From positions 97,672-161,671 of the forward strand of contig SUVG01000003.1 of NCBI GenBank assembly GCA_015062115.1: a stretch of 64,000 bases of DNA, written 5' to 3'. A program made the translations under genes and the position numbers. This document shows positions 50,657-61,187 of this stretch, piece by piece (within the stretch, counting starts at the first letter, position 1; each line of letters starts with the position of its first letter). Under the pieces are notes generated by a model, which saw only the letters and a list, made by a program, of their open reading frames with translations, was not told the origin of the DNA and made no database searches. The stretch is from Candidatus Avelusimicrobium gallicola (GTDB lineage: Bacteria; Elusimicrobiota; Elusimicrobia; Elusimicrobiales; Elusimicrobiaceae).

Positions 50657-53600
50657 ATGTATCTAAAAGCGATTGAAATTACTGGTTTTAAATCTTTTGC
50701 GGATAAATCCCGCCTGGACTTTGAACCCGGCATCACCTGTGTGGTGGGCCCGAACGGTTGCGGAAAATCAAACGTGATTGACTCCGTGCGTTGGGCAATC
50801 GGGGAAATGAGTTGGAAGTCCCTTCGTTCTTCTTCCATGGTAGATATTATTTTTAACGGTACCGCAAAAAGAGCCCCCTTAAATATGGCGCAAGTGAGCA
50901 TGGTGTTTGATAACTCCTCCCGCCAACTCCCCTTAGATTTTAATGAAATTACCGTTACCCGTAAAATTTTCCGCTCCGGAGAAAGCGAGTATTATTTGAA
51001 TAAAGTTCAATGCCGCTTGCGCGATATCCGCGATTTATTTTTGGATACCGGTATCGGCGGAGAAGGATATGCTATTATCGACCAGGGGGGGGTGGAAAGC
51101 GTACTTTCCGCCTCGGCCGAACAACGCCGTGAAATGTTTGAAGAAGTGGCCGGCGTATCCAAATATAAGTCTAAACGGGAAGAATGTATCAAGCGTTTGG
51201 AACGCGTAGATTTGGACTTGGCACGCCTTGCCGACACGGTGGCCCTTATCGGCGAACAAATTAAAAAGTTGGACAGCGAAGCCAAAAAAGCACGCTTATA
51301 TCAAAAATATCGCGAAGAATTAAAGGAAAGCGAAATCGCCATTTCCGTGTGTTCTATTAAAGAGGCTGACGGGCTTATCGCCAAACATACGGGCGAATTG
51401 GAACCGATTGTCCGCCGGCAACAAGATTTAGAAAACCGCATTTCCGCGCAGGAAGGCGCGTGTGCGGCTTTGGACTTAAATTTAACGCATAAACAAAAAG
51501 AAGCGGCCGAATTTAACGAAAAAATTTCTGCCAGCAAATATCAGGTAGGTTTATTGGAAGGTGCCATTAAAAACTGCGATAACTTAAGCGCGGAATTAAC
51601 GGCCCAAGTGGCGGCTTCGGGTGCGGAATCTCAACGCGGGCAAAACCGCTTGCAGGAATTGGCCCCCGCCATCGCCCGCTTAAAAGAACAACTGGCTGCC
51701 GTATCGGCTGAACTTACCCCGTTGCAGGAAAATTACAACGCGCAAACGGCCAGTGCACAAAAATTGGAAACCGATTTAAGAAATGCCGAAAGCGAACTTC
51801 AACGCGCTTCGGGCGAACTGATGAGTTTGGTGCAAAAACAGATGGAAGTGTCCAACCGTATTTCGTTGGAAGAATCTTCCGTCGCCCGTGAAAACGAAGA
51901 TTTAATTGTTGCCGAAAAAACGAGCCAAGCACAACAAGAAGGATTGGTCGGTTTAGAGCAAGCCCTAAAAGAAATTGCTTCCCGCGTGGAAGGCGCCAAG
52001 TCGGCGGTGGAAAATGCCCGCCGCGAAATTTCCGGGGGGGAAGAAACCCTTAAAAATTTACAGCAAGAGCGTTCTTCGTTGAACGAAAAACTCTCTACCG
52101 TTAAATCGGCCCGTGCCGCCTTGCAAGCCAAGTTGGAAATGATTCAAACCCAAGGGAAAAACGACCCTTATTGGGTAGGCGCGCAAGCCGTATTAAAAAG
52201 CAGTATTCCCGGTATCAAAGGCACGTTGAGAAAGGCCCTTAAATATCCCGCGTCTTTGGGTGTGGCGGTAGAAGAGGCTTTCGGTAAATACTTAGATGCC
52301 GTTTTGTGTGAAAATGAAAAAGCCGTACAGGAATCTTTGGCCTTGTTAAAACAAAACGGAAAAGCTCGCGCTAAATTTATTATTCTTTCCCAAGTTCCCT
52401 CCGCCAAAGAACAAGGCGGAACCCTGAAGGAACAACTTTCCTATCCGGCCGAATTGGGCGATTTAATCAACTTCGTTATCGGCGGATATGAATACAAAGA
52501 CGGCTCTGTAAAAGGAGCGTTCTTCGTGGGAGGCGGTGCCGAAGGAGTGCGCGCCCCCGAAGCCTATTGGGGGGAAGAAGAAACCGTCCGGGCGGAAATG
52601 CAAACCAAAACCGAGGAAGAAGAAACCCTTTCCAAACAAATCATTTCCAACTACGAAGCCTTGACCCAAGCCGATAATGCCTTAAAACAAATGCGTAGTA
52701 AAATGCAGGAAACGGCCTTGGCTTTGAATACCGTACAAAACGAATATGCCAATAAAGAACGCGAAATAGCGGCTACCAAACAAACCTTGGAACGGGCCTT
52801 TGCGCGCAAACAGGAAATCACTTTGCGGGTAGATAATCGCCGTAAAAATGTAGAAAATTTAAGACAACAATTGGAAGAATTAAAAACCCGTCATGCGCAA
52901 GCGCAAACCCGCGCCGAAGAAGTAAAAAAATCGCAGGAAAGTTTGCGTGCCCAAGCCGAAACGGTAAAAAGTGCGTTAAACGATGCAAGTGCCAAACTCT
53001 ACGAAATCCGCATTAAAAAGAACAATGTGGAATTAGATTTGAAATCAACCGAGTTTGAATTTAACAGCCTTACCGAAAACGAAGGCAAACGCAACGAACA
53101 GATAGCCTCTTCCAACCTGCGCCTTAAGAGTTTGGCTGACGAAAAACTTTCTACCCAAGCCAAACTTTCTTCCGAGCGAGACGCGCTTGCTCAGTTGGAA
53201 CTGGCCGAACATAAAATGCGCGAAGAATTGGAAATGCTCAAGAAAGATTTTAACGAAAAAAACGCTTCGTTAAATGCTTCCAAAAAAGAATTTTCCGATT
53301 TAACCATTAAAAAGAACGATTTGGAAAACGCCCTTTCCAACGCGCGCCGCCAACGCACCACGGTAGTGAACAACTTGTTTGAAAGTTGGAACATCACTCC
53401 TGATGAAGCCCAAATGCACTATGGTGAAAAAACGGTGGATTACGAGCGCGTAAAAATGATGCGTAAACGTATCGAAAACATGGGCGCCGTCAATATGACC
53501 GCGCCGGAAGAATACGATGCGTTAACCGAGCGCAATACTTTCCTGCGTTCTCAAATTGCGGATTTGGAAAGTGCCAAAAAAGATTTGAAATCCGCCATTA

Positions 53601-54130
53601 ACAAAATCAACCAAACCACGCGCGAAAACTTCAAATATACTTTCGAACAAGTGCGTATGCACTTTAAGAACATTTATCAAACTCTTTTCCGCGGCGGCGA
53701 GTGCGATTTGGTACTTACCCAACCGGACAATCTATTGGAAACCGGCATCGAAATTTTTGCCCAACCTCCGGGTAAAAAACTGTTGAACATTACTTCCATG
53801 TCGGGTGGCGAAAAAACTTTAACGGCCATGTCGCTGTTGTTTGCGTTCTTTACGCACAACCCGTCTCCGTTCTGTATTATGGACGAAGCCGATGCCGCGT
53901 TGGACGAAGCCAATGTAGAACGCTATGTGAACTTAATTAAAGAGTTTTCCAAAACCACGCAATTTATTGTGGTAACGCACAACAAACGCACGATGGAATC
54001 GGCGCGTATGCTCTACGGTATTACCATGGAAGAAAGCGGGGTGTCCAAAGTAATGTCGGTCAACTTGGAAGACCGCAACCCCGAAGAAGTAAAAAAGAAA
54101 TATGCCATTGAAGCCTTGGCGGAGGAATAA
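50657..54130 (+). CDS. smc: Chromosome partition protein Smc
   Basis: The start was reassigned to the ATG at 50657 (MYLKAIEITGFKSFADKSRLDFEPGITCVVGPNGCGKSNV). It has long coiled coils, a hinge, and the C-terminal LSGGEKTLTA / FCIMDEADAALD. Confidence 0.95.
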   Translation: MYLKAIEITGFKSFADKSRLDFEPGITCVVGPNGCGKSNVIDSVRWAIGEMSWKSLRSSSMVDIIFNGTAKRAPLNMAQVSMVFDNSSRQLPLDFNEITVTRKIFRSGESEYYLNKVQCRLRDIRDLFLDTGIGGEGYAIIDQGGVESVLSASAEQRREMFEEVAGVSKYKSKREECIKRLERVDLDLARLADTVALIGEQIKKLDSEAKKARLYQKYREELKESEIAISVCSIKEADGLIAKHTGELEPIVRRQQDLENRISAQEGACAALDLNLTHKQKEAAEFNEKISASKYQVGLLEGAIKNCDNLSAELTAQVAASGAESQRGQNRLQELAPAIARLKEQLAAVSAELTPLQENYNAQTASAQKLETDLRNAESELQRASGELMSLVQKQMEVSNRISLEESSVARENEDLIVAEKTSQAQQEGLVGLEQALKEIASRVEGAKSAVENARREISGGEETLKNLQQERSSLNEKLSTVKSARAALQAKLEMIQTQGKNDPYWVGAQAVLKSSIPGIKGTLRKALKYPASLGVAVEEAFGKYLDAVLCENEKAVQESLALLKQNGKARAKFIILSQVPSAKEQGGTLKEQLSYPAELGDLINFVIGGYEYKDGSVKGAFFVGGGAEGVRAPEAYWGEEETVRAEMQTKTEEEETLSKQIISNYEALTQADNALKQMRSKMQETALALNTVQNEYANKEREIAATKQTLERAFARKQEITLRVDNRRKNVENLRQQLEELKTRHAQAQTRAEEVKKSQESLRAQAETVKSALNDASAKLYEIRIKKNNVELDLKSTEFEFNSLTENEGKRNEQIASSNLRLKSLADEKLSTQAKLSSERDALAQLELAEHKMREELEMLKKDFNEKNASLNASKKEFSDLTIKKNDLENALSNARRQRTTVVNNLFESWNITPDEAQMHYGEKTVDYERVKMMRKRIENMGAVNMTAPEEYDALTERNTFLRSQIADLESAKKDLKSAINKINQTTRENFKYTFEQVRMHFKNIYQTLFRGGECDLVLTQPDNLLETGIEIFAQPPGKKLLNITSMSGGEKTLTAMSLLFAFFTHNPSPFCIMDEADAALDEANVERYVNLIKEFSKTTQFIVVTHNKRTMESARMLYGITMEESGVSKVMSVNLEDRNPEEVKKKYAIEALAEE

Positions 54131-54868
54131 GTGAAAGTAGGTGTTTTTTCTGATGTTCACGGAAACTTGGAAGCGTTAGAGGCTTGTTTGAAGCGTCTAA
54201 AGCAGGAAGGGGCGCAATCTTATATTTTCTGCGGGGATTTAATCGGCTATGGCCCGGATCCCGAAAAGTGCGTTCGCAAAGTGATGAATTTGCCTCTAAT
54301 CGGTTGTGTCATGGGCAATCATGATGCTGTATTTGCTCAACCGGAAATCGAAGGATTCTTCAACCATGACGCCCAACAGGCCCTTGCCCTTACAAAAAGC
54401 CAATTAAGCGAAAAAACGATTCGTTTTTTGACGGGGCTTCCTTCTATCCAACAAAAGCCCGGCTATGCGGTGGTGCACGGCACGCCGAAAGACCCGATTA
54501 AAGAATACTTTTCCAGTTGTTCCCAATTTCGCACCACATACGATTTGTGGCAAGGCCAGGTTTGCTTTGTGGGGCATATCCATCTTCCCTTCTACATGAA
54601 AGGCAACGAAAAAGGCTGTTCTATTTACTTAAATAAGCGTACCGATGCCACCGTGCGCCTGCACGAAAAAAACCGCTATATTATCAACCCGGGTGCCGTC
54701 GGCAAGCCTCGCGATAACGATTCCCGCGCTTCCTTCGGCATTTGGGATACCGAAGAAAAAACCTTCCGTTTTCTGCGCCACGAGTACGATTTCAAGCCCA
54801 CTCAAGAAAAAATGGCCGACTTAAAATTCCCTTCTTTTTTGATAGACAGTTTATCTTTGGGATTATAA
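54131..54868 (+). CDS. Metallophosphoesterase (YfcE/MJ0936-type phosphodiesterase family)
   Basis: It has a GTG start immediately after the smc stop. Shows VFSDVHGN, CGDLIGYGP, GNHD and GHIH. Confidence 0.75.
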   Translation: MKVGVFSDVHGNLEALEACLKRLKQEGAQSYIFCGDLIGYGPDPEKCVRKVMNLPLIGCVMGNHDAVFAQPEIEGFFNHDAQQALALTKSQLSEKTIRFLTGLPSIQQKPGYAVVHGTPKDPIKEYFSSCSQFRTTYDLWQGQVCFVGHIHLPFYMKGNEKGCSIYLNKRTDATVRLHEKNRYIINPGAVGKPRDNDSRASFGIWDTEEKTFRFLRHEYDFKPTQEKMADLKFPSFLIDSLSLGL

Positions 54869-54898
54869 AAAAACCGCTCCGGAAGGGGCGGTTTTTTT
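54867..54898. terminator. Bidirectional rho-independent terminator
   Basis: AAAAAA-ACCGCTCC-GGAA-GGGGCGGT-TTTTTT. Confidence 0.8.
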
Positions 54899-56165
54899 AA
54901 GAGAGTTTTTTGTATTTATCCCACAGGAACGAAAGGGCTGTCCCCGCGGCTATACAAAGCACAAATTCAAACGGCGCGCGAAAGCGTGCGTATGCCCCCG
55001 AGAAAACCGAACCGATTGCCCAAAAATAGAGAGAATAAGTGAATAGAAAGAAAGCGGTTTTGCGTTCCTTTTTCCACAAAATCCAAAAACCGATAGCGCA
55101 AAAAAGAATCAGCAGACAAACTTGTCCTTCTGCTACAAGAAAGAGAAAGAAGGAAGGTTTTTCGGCATGGAATAACTGTTGCAGGTGGGCGTTGTTGGCT
55201 CCCAAAAGGGTTTTAGTCAGCCACCAGGGGGCACGGGATAATTTGTAGAAGAAACTTTCCCGAATAAGCGGTTTCGCCAGTTCTTTATAAAGCCGTACTT
55301 GTTCACGCGGAGGGAGGGAGGAAAAACCGGGAGGCAATGCCAGTTCCAATCGATGGCGGGCTTCCAATACGGGCAAATTAAATTTTTTAGCGATATAGTC
55401 TTCGTTCCATATGTAGAGATTATAGGCACCCACACCGGTAAAGCCCTTATAGCCTGCTACACGGGCGTTTCTAAAATGCCAGGCCCCAATGCTTAAGAAA
55501 AGCGGTAAAACAAAAAATAAGGATATTTTGAGAAAGGAAAAGCGGATCAGTTTAGCGGCGCGAAAAACTAAAAAAAGAACCGCGGCAAAAAACATAAAAT
55601 AGTAGGTTGCCGGGCGTACATAAACGGCGCCGGCCAAAAACAAAGAAGCGCCTAATAAATCTGCACTTCGCGGATTGGTTAAAAAGCGAACCGCCAAAAA
55701 GACGAACCAAGCAAGTAAAAATACGCAAAGTATTTCCGTCAAAACGGCAAACGAAAGGGAAAAATACAGTACGCTTCCCGCACAAAAAACACTTGCCCAC
55801 CGCGCGGCATTTACGCCGGATAATAAGCGAGTTGTTAGATAAACGGGAATCAAAAGAAAAAGAGAAAGCAAATTTTGCGCGGCGGCTATGGCCCAAGTCA
55901 TATTTCCGGTGAGGGTTTGGATAAGGGCTAAAAAGAAGGGATAGCCCGGCGTACGCAGCAACATGGGGGTAGCGGAAACAGCTTCCCACATTTGCCCATA
56001 TGCCAGCCAAGTTTGGGCGGGATATACGTAGCCGACAGAGTCCGGAAATGCCAAAATATTTTCTCCGGCCGGGTGAAAGAAAAACAAAAATACAAAGGCT
56101 AATGCTTTGAATATGGCCAGGGTTGCGAAAATATACCAAAAAATTTTATCTCGATACCAACGCAT
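54897..56165 (-). CDS. Polytopic membrane protein, GT-C-fold (ArnT/PMT_2-like) glycosyltransferase candidate
   Basis: The start was reassigned to the ATG at 56165 (MRWYRDKIFWYIF). It has about 11-12 TM segments and shows DSVGYVYPA...RTPGYPFFLA in the first loop region. The upstream part of the track ORF is the translated tRNA-Ala. Confidence 0.45.
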   Translation of the reverse strand: MRWYRDKIFWYIFATLAIFKALAFVFLFFFHPAGENILAFPDSVGYVYPAQTWLAYGQMWEAVSATPMLLRTPGYPFFLALIQTLTGNMTWAIAAAQNLLSLFLLIPVYLTTRLLSGVNAARWASVFCAGSVLYFSLSFAVLTEILCVFLLAWFVFLAVRFLTNPRSADLLGASLFLAGAVYVRPATYYFMFFAAVLFLVFRAAKLIRFSFLKISLFFVLPLFLSIGAWHFRNARVAGYKGFTGVGAYNLYIWNEDYIAKKFNLPVLEARHRLELALPPGFSSLPPREQVRLYKELAKPLIRESFFYKLSRAPWWLTKTLLGANNAHLQQLFHAEKPSFFLFLVAEGQVCLLILFCAIGFWILWKKERKTAFFLFTYSLYFWAIGSVFSGAYARFRAPFEFVLCIAAGTALSFLWDKYKKLS

Positions 56166-56225
56166 ACAAGTATTGTATGAAATTTTAGAAGGGTTCCCAT
56201 TTGTTTTTTGTGTAAAACCGGGCAA

Positions 56226-56250
56226 TAAAAAACCCACCTTTCGGTGGGTT
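56226..56250 (-). terminator. Rho-independent terminator after tRNA-Ala
   Basis: The minus strand reads ACCCACC-GAAA-GGTGGGT followed by TTTTTT. Confidence 0.7.
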
Positions 56251-56264
56251 CTATAATTAAAAAA

Positions 56265-56340
56265 TGGTGGACCTGACAAGGATCGAACTTGCGACCTCCT
56301 GCATGCCATGCAGGCGCTCTCCCAGCTGAGCTACAGGCCC
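56265..56340 (-). tRNA. tRNA-Ala (GGC), 3' CCA encoded
   Basis: The reverse complement is GGGCCTGTAGCTCAGCTGGGAGAGCGCCTGCATGGCATGCAGGAGGTCGCAAGTTCGATCCTTGTCAGGTCCACCA. The G3:U70 identity pair is present and the anticodon loop is AU-GGC-AU. Confidence 0.9.
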
Positions 56341-56455
56341 TTAATGACTACATATATATTATAACAGTTTTCAAAAAAATACGCAACAATTTTTTGTTGC
56401 GTATTAAATTTTTTAAGTAAGGGCTCCCGTAAAGAGAGCCCTTAAAACTTTTTGA

Positions 56456-59400
56456 TTAGAATTCGAAGGAGATGTTTACTTCTCCGCCGAATCCTCTGCG
56501 GTTACCCAGTTGCCCGTAAGCGGTGAATACCGTGCGCAAGGGCAAGAAGGAATCGTTGTTTTGATAGGCCAAAGAAATTTGACCGCGGCCGCTCATGCCT
56601 TTTAAGGAAGCATCGCTGTTTTTGTTTCCGTCGATTTCTACGGAAGATTCGCCGTCAAATTCGTAAATACCCATCGCGCCCAAGGAGGGAATTAAACCGC
56701 CCCAGTTAATGTTGGAGAGGGTGTAATCCGCACCGAAGCGCAAGTTGAGGCTTTGCATGGTGTCAAAGGTAACTTTTTGACCCAAGTTATCCGTGATGTC
56801 GTCTTCTCCTTTGCGCAACCAGTTGATGTTGGCAAAGAGGTCTAAGTCTTGCATCAAAGATTCCACAAAGCCGGCAGAAGCACCATAATACATGCCTTTG
56901 CTGTCGAAGGAAGAAATCAAGGAAGCGGATTCAAAATCCATATCCATATAGCCCGCTTCTAAAGAGGCTTCCAAGCGGCCCGTTTCGCTGTAGCGGTAAG
57001 AAGTCATGAGTCCGCCGCCAAATACATTGGCCGAACCGGTTACTTTAATCGGGTAGGTTTCGTAAGAACCGTTGGAGTATTTGGCAAAGAAACCACCCAA
57101 CCATTCTTCGTTAAATTTCTTCCAGGCACCCACTTGCACGAGGGCGGAGTCCAAGTCAAAACCGCTGCCCGTTTCGTAGCGGGTGTGGTGATAAGCCCCG
57201 TTGAGGAAGGTGCTGAATTCGTTGTCGCTCTTCCAGGCATCGGTCACGGAGTGCGTAAGGAGTTCTCCCCCTTCGCTGGCCAAGGCCAAGCCGACGAGCG
57301 GCAACTGACCGTACACTTCCATGTTGGCTTTATCTTTTTTACCGGTTAAAGTCCACTCGACCGTATTTCCGGTGCCTTTGGTCGGGGACAAATCGAAGGT
57401 GTAAACACCCAAGCGGTTGTTGTTTAAGGAAATGCCGTTATCGGTCAAGTCTACGATTTTCGCACCTTGTTCGATGTCGGTAAGGTCTTTGGTGGTTTGA
57501 GTGGTAACAACCGTTTTGGAAGCTTCTTGCATGGCGCCGGGGGCCAAATTCATTTTGGCATAGACGCCTTCAAAATCGAAGTTCAAGTCGGTGTCAAAGT
57601 CGGCATTGATCGTCCAAATATTTTTGAAGTTTTGGAATTGATCCATGCTGTTAAAAGTACTTTTCACACGGTCAAAAACAAGTTCGTTGGTGGAAGCGTA
57701 GTAACCGTTGCTGCCCCCGTAAAGAACAGAGGTCGGCGTCAAGGTTACGTTTCCGCGCAAGATAACTTTGTTATTTTTGGTGTGCATATTTTTTTCTTTT
57801 AATTCTGCACCGTACACATACCCGCCATAGATGGTACCGTCAAAGCTGGTATTGTCTAACACAATAGTGTTGTTGGAAGCGGAGTAAATGTCATCAATTT
57901 TTTCGGCAGTTTGCGGTTCGCCGTTTTCCGTTTTTTGTTGCCATACCCCGCCTTCATCTTTTTCCCAACTGACGGTTGTACTATTGGTAGTTAAGCCGGT
58001 TTTAACAACGGTTTCTACGGTAGGTTTGGAAGGATCCTCTTCGTTGGGAGTAATAACTTCGTAATCTACTTCCACGATGTAGGCCGACATACCACCGATG
58101 ATATTGCCTTCAAAAGAACCGTTTTTAAGAAGGATATTATTTCCGTCGCTGTTCGTACCGGCTACGGCTAATTCTTGGGCTTCAGGGGCTTCTTCTCCTG
58201 TTCCTGTTTGAGAGGAATAGTACATGGACGCCCCACCGAACATCAAGCCTTTATCATCGGGAAGATAAAGAAGTTGAGCAGCGGATAAATCAGCAGAATT
58301 TAACAAGCCGGACATAAACACTTTGGAGGAATTTCCAAGAGTGAGGGTGGAGTCTTGAATATTGATTTGGTTTCCGTTTGCGGTACCCACCAAGTTCAAA
58401 GAACCACCGATTTCCCGCAAGTTTCCCGTCATTTTGTTCAAGGTAAGTTTGCTGTTTTCTACGAGGGCAAGCACCGGGTTGCCGGAGTCAGCCGAAGTGG
58501 CCATGCCCATGTTAACGGCATAAACGGCATTGTTGGTTCCGGTAGCAAAAGTGGAATTATCCAAGGTTAAAGAGTTGCCGGACGCATTGATAGATCGGGA
58601 ATCTACCGCAGCGGCACTGTTAATTGTACTGTTTCTAACGATAACGGAGTTGTTGTTAACATGTACGACGGAGGTATCCGCATCTCGTACCCCGTGGTTA
58701 TCGGCTACGCCGAGCACGGTGTTAACAGTGGAGTTTTCAATGATAACTTTGTTGTTGTCGGCATAACTGGAGCCGGCGGCGCCGGCAACCGTTCCGTTTA
58801 CGGTAGAACCAGTTACATACACGGTGTTGTTGTTGGCTTTTGAATCTAAAGCCCCCTCGATTTCCGCTAAATCTTCGAGGGTCAATTGGTCGTCCACCAT
58901 ACCGCCGTACACATTTCCTTCGATTACGGAACCGTTGGTGATATTAACCGTGTTGTTGTTGGCAGAGCCTTTGGAATATTCGGAATAACCGCCATATACG
59001 TTTCCGCCGATGGTAGCATTTTCTCCACCAGAAGTTGTAAAAGAATATTCTTTTACAGTAACACCATCTACATTAACAGTGTTATTGTTGGCGGAACCGT
59101 ATTCCATACGCAGTTGCGGGTCGCGCAAAACAGCGCTACCGCCGTAAGCATCACGGCCCGTTAAAGTGGTACCCTTAATGGTCAGCGTGTTTTGGCTGGC
59201 TTCTGCGTTAAGTGCGGCACCCCCGGCAACATAAGCACCAAGAGAGGCACGGGAAGGGTTGTAAGCCTGTTCCGCCGCCGTAGCATCGGAAATGCTGATG
59301 TTTTTGCCGTCAACCGTTAATGTGTTGCCGGTTGCGTTCCCTTCAAAAGATCCTCCGCCTACAATGGCTAAAGGATTGTTGGTGTTGGTATCATCTGTAA

Positions 59401-59515
59401 TGGTGCGGTTTTGCCCTTCTACTGCATCAGGTTGCCAGTTAGAATCCAAGTCTTGGGCGGCAAAAAGCGAAACAGATGACAGCAAACAAAAAACTGCCAA
59501 GAGAAGTTTCTTCAT
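56456..59515 (-). CDS. Autotransporter (type Va) outer-membrane protein with a repetitive beta-helical passenger
   Basis: It has a signal peptide (MKKLLLAVFCLLSSVSLFAAQD) and about 11 passenger repeats of the type (S/K)ANNNTV-x-V-x-G-S-x-V. The C-terminal 280 aa or so have alternating beta-strand character and end ...GFGGEVNISFEF, with a terminal Phe. Confidence 0.8.
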   Translation of the reverse strand: MKKLLLAVFCLLSSVSLFAAQDLDSNWQPDAVEGQNRTITDDTNTNNPLAIVGGGSFEGNATGNTLTVDGKNISISDATAAEQAYNPSRASLGAYVAGGAALNAEASQNTLTIKGTTLTGRDAYGGSAVLRDPQLRMEYGSANNNTVNVDGVTVKEYSFTTSGGENATIGGNVYGGYSEYSKGSANNNTVNITNGSVIEGNVYGGMVDDQLTLEDLAEIEGALDSKANNNTVYVTGSTVNGTVAGAAGSSYADNNKVIIENSTVNTVLGVADNHGVRDADTSVVHVNNNSVIVRNSTINSAAAVDSRSINASGNSLTLDNSTFATGTNNAVYAVNMGMATSADSGNPVLALVENSKLTLNKMTGNLREIGGSLNLVGTANGNQINIQDSTLTLGNSSKVFMSGLLNSADLSAAQLLYLPDDKGLMFGGASMYYSSQTGTGEEAPEAQELAVAGTNSDGNNILLKNGSFEGNIIGGMSAYIVEVDYEVITPNEEDPSKPTVETVVKTGLTTNSTTVSWEKDEGGVWQQKTENGEPQTAEKIDDIYSASNNTIVLDNTSFDGTIYGGYVYGAELKEKNMHTKNNKVILRGNVTLTPTSVLYGGSNGYYASTNELVFDRVKSTFNSMDQFQNFKNIWTINADFDTDLNFDFEGVYAKMNLAPGAMQEASKTVVTTQTTKDLTDIEQGAKIVDLTDNGISLNNNRLGVYTFDLSPTKGTGNTVEWTLTGKKDKANMEVYGQLPLVGLALASEGGELLTHSVTDAWKSDNEFSTFLNGAYHHTRYETGSGFDLDSALVQVGAWKKFNEEWLGGFFAKYSNGSYETYPIKVTGSANVFGGGLMTSYRYSETGRLEASLEAGYMDMDFESASLISSFDSKGMYYGASAGFVESLMQDLDLFANINWLRKGEDDITDNLGQKVTFDTMQSLNLRFGADYTLSNINWGGLIPSLGAMGIYEFDGESSVEIDGNKNSDASLKGMSGRGQISLAYQNNDSFLPLRTVFTAYGQLGNRRGFGGEVNISFEF

Positions 59516-59645
59516 TATTCCTCCGGTTGTAGAATTAAAAATCTATATACAACCATTATACAGAATTTAGCGCAAAATGGAAGAAATTTTTAAGAGGAAA
59601 ACAGACCCCTGGGCCCAAGGGTAAAATTTAGGTATAATACCAACT

Positions 59646-60359
59646 ATGCAGAACAGATATTTAGACGGCACTTATTTGGCCCAAAATCCCGGTTGGCACA
59701 CGCAGGACGGATTTTGGAAACTGACCCATGTAAAACGCGCCCTCAAACGCGCACAATTGCCGGATATTATCGAAACCGTGTGCGACATCGGTTGCGGCAG
59801 CGGCGAATTGCTGCGCCGATGGGCCGAAGAAGAACCCGGTGTTTCTTTTTGGGGATATGAACCTTCCCCGCAAGCCTTTGGGCTTTGTCTGCAAAAAAAA
59901 CCGGACAATGTGGAGTTTGTCCTTTCGGCTACTCCGGAAAAAGGAAAAACCTTTGATTTGGCTCTGGCTTTAGATGTGTTGGAGCATGTGCCCAATCCGC
60001 AAGAATTGTTGGAAACCTTAAAACAATCGGCTCCGCGAATTATTCTTCATGTTCCGTTAGAAAAGAATTTGCGGACTTTTCTGTCCCCTTCTTTGCTGGA
60101 GCGCGAACGGCGCATGGTGGGGCATTTACATTTCTATACTTGGTTTTCTTTGAAGAAATTACTGCAAGATTCCGGATTACGGGTGGTGGGAAAGCATTAT
60201 ACGCATAAATACTTGGAACGCCCGCCCGTTTTGAAAAATGTTCGCAGTCAAGTGGGTATGTTTATCCGCAAAACGGTTCATTTTTTATTACCGCGTTCTT
60301 GGGCCGCGTTGACTGTCGGCGGATATAGTGTGATGCTCGTGCTGGAGCGGGAAGATTAG
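59646..60359 (+). CDS. Class I SAM-dependent methyltransferase
   Basis: Motif I is [12 protein letters not shown] and the post-I/II region is [12 protein letters not shown]. Confidence 0.75.
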   Translation: MQNRYLDGTYLAQNPGWHTQDGFWKLTHVKRALKRAQLPDIIETVCDIGCGSGELLRRWAEEEPGVSFWGYEPSPQAFGLCLQKKPDNVEFVLSATPEKGKTFDLALALDVLEHVPNPQELLETLKQSAPRIILHVPLEKNLRTFLSPSLLERERRMVGHLHFYTWFSLKKLLQDSGLRVVGKHYTHKYLERPPVLKNVRSQVGMFIRKTVHFLLPRSWAALTVGGYSVMLVLERED

Positions 60360-61186
60360 CCGCGGTACAACTCGCGCAGTAATTTTATTTCCCGTGCGTA
60401 TCCTTCCAATTCATTTGGTGTTTCCAAACAAAAAGGTAAGTTTCTTAAGGCAGGGTGATTGATAACGCGGGCCATGGTGTCCGTGCCGATTTGTCCTCCG
60501 CCGATGACAGCATGGCGGTCTTTATGTGCCCCGCGGGGGTTTAGGCTGTCGTTTAAGTGTACGGCTTTGAGAAGCGAAAGACCGATTTGTTTATCAAATT
60601 CGTTTAAGGTTCCGTCCAGCGTTGCCAACGAGTAGCCGGCATCGTGGATATGGCAAGTATCCAAACACACACCCATTTTTTCACTTAATTTTACCCCGTC
60701 TAAAATTCGTTTAATCTCATCAAACGAACGGCCGATTTCGCTTCCTTTTCCGGCCATGGTTTCCAAAAGAACAGTGGTGTGCTGGTCTTTGGTTAAAATT
60801 TCATTAAGAAGTTCGATAATTAGTTCTGTTCCTTTTTCAATCCCTTGGCCTACATGACTGCCGGGGTGAAAATTGTATAAGTTGCCGGGCACATATTCCA
60901 TGCGTTTCAAATCGTCTGCCATGGTTTGCAGGGCAAATTCTCTTGTTTTGGGGTCGGCAGAAGCAGGGTTTAAGGTATAAGGGGCGTGGGCTACAATCGG
61001 GCCGAACTGATGCTCTTTTAATAGCGTGCACAAATTGGCGGCGTCCTGCGGGTCTATTTCTTTGGCTTGGCTGCCGCGCGGGTTGCGCGTGAAAAACTGA
61101 AAAGTGTTAGCCCCAATGGATAGAGCCGTTTTCCCCATGGCTTCAAACCCTTTGGAACTGGATAAGTGACACCCGATATAGAACAT
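60356..61186 (-). CDS. nfo: Deoxyribonuclease IV (endonuclease IV)
   Basis: Shows [13 protein letters not shown]...[32 protein letters not shown] and HLNDS. Confidence 0.88.
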   Translation of the reverse strand: MFYIGCHLSSSKGFEAMGKTALSIGANTFQFFTRNPRGSQAKEIDPQDAANLCTLLKEHQFGPIVAHAPYTLNPASADPKTREFALQTMADDLKRMEYVPGNLYNFHPGSHVGQGIEKGTELIIELLNEILTKDQHTTVLLETMAGKGSEIGRSFDEIKRILDGVKLSEKMGVCLDTCHIHDAGYSLATLDGTLNEFDKQIGLSLLKAVHLNDSLNPRGAHKDRHAVIGGGQIGTDTMARVINHPALRNLPFCLETPNELEGYAREIKLLRELYRG

Positions 61187-61187
61187 A

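Noticed and set aside
56166-56309. An N-terminal extension of the membrane-protein ORF (MACRRSQVRSLSGPP...).
   Set aside because: This stretch is the translation of the tRNA-Ala gene and its terminator (56226-56340). The real start is the ATG at 56165.
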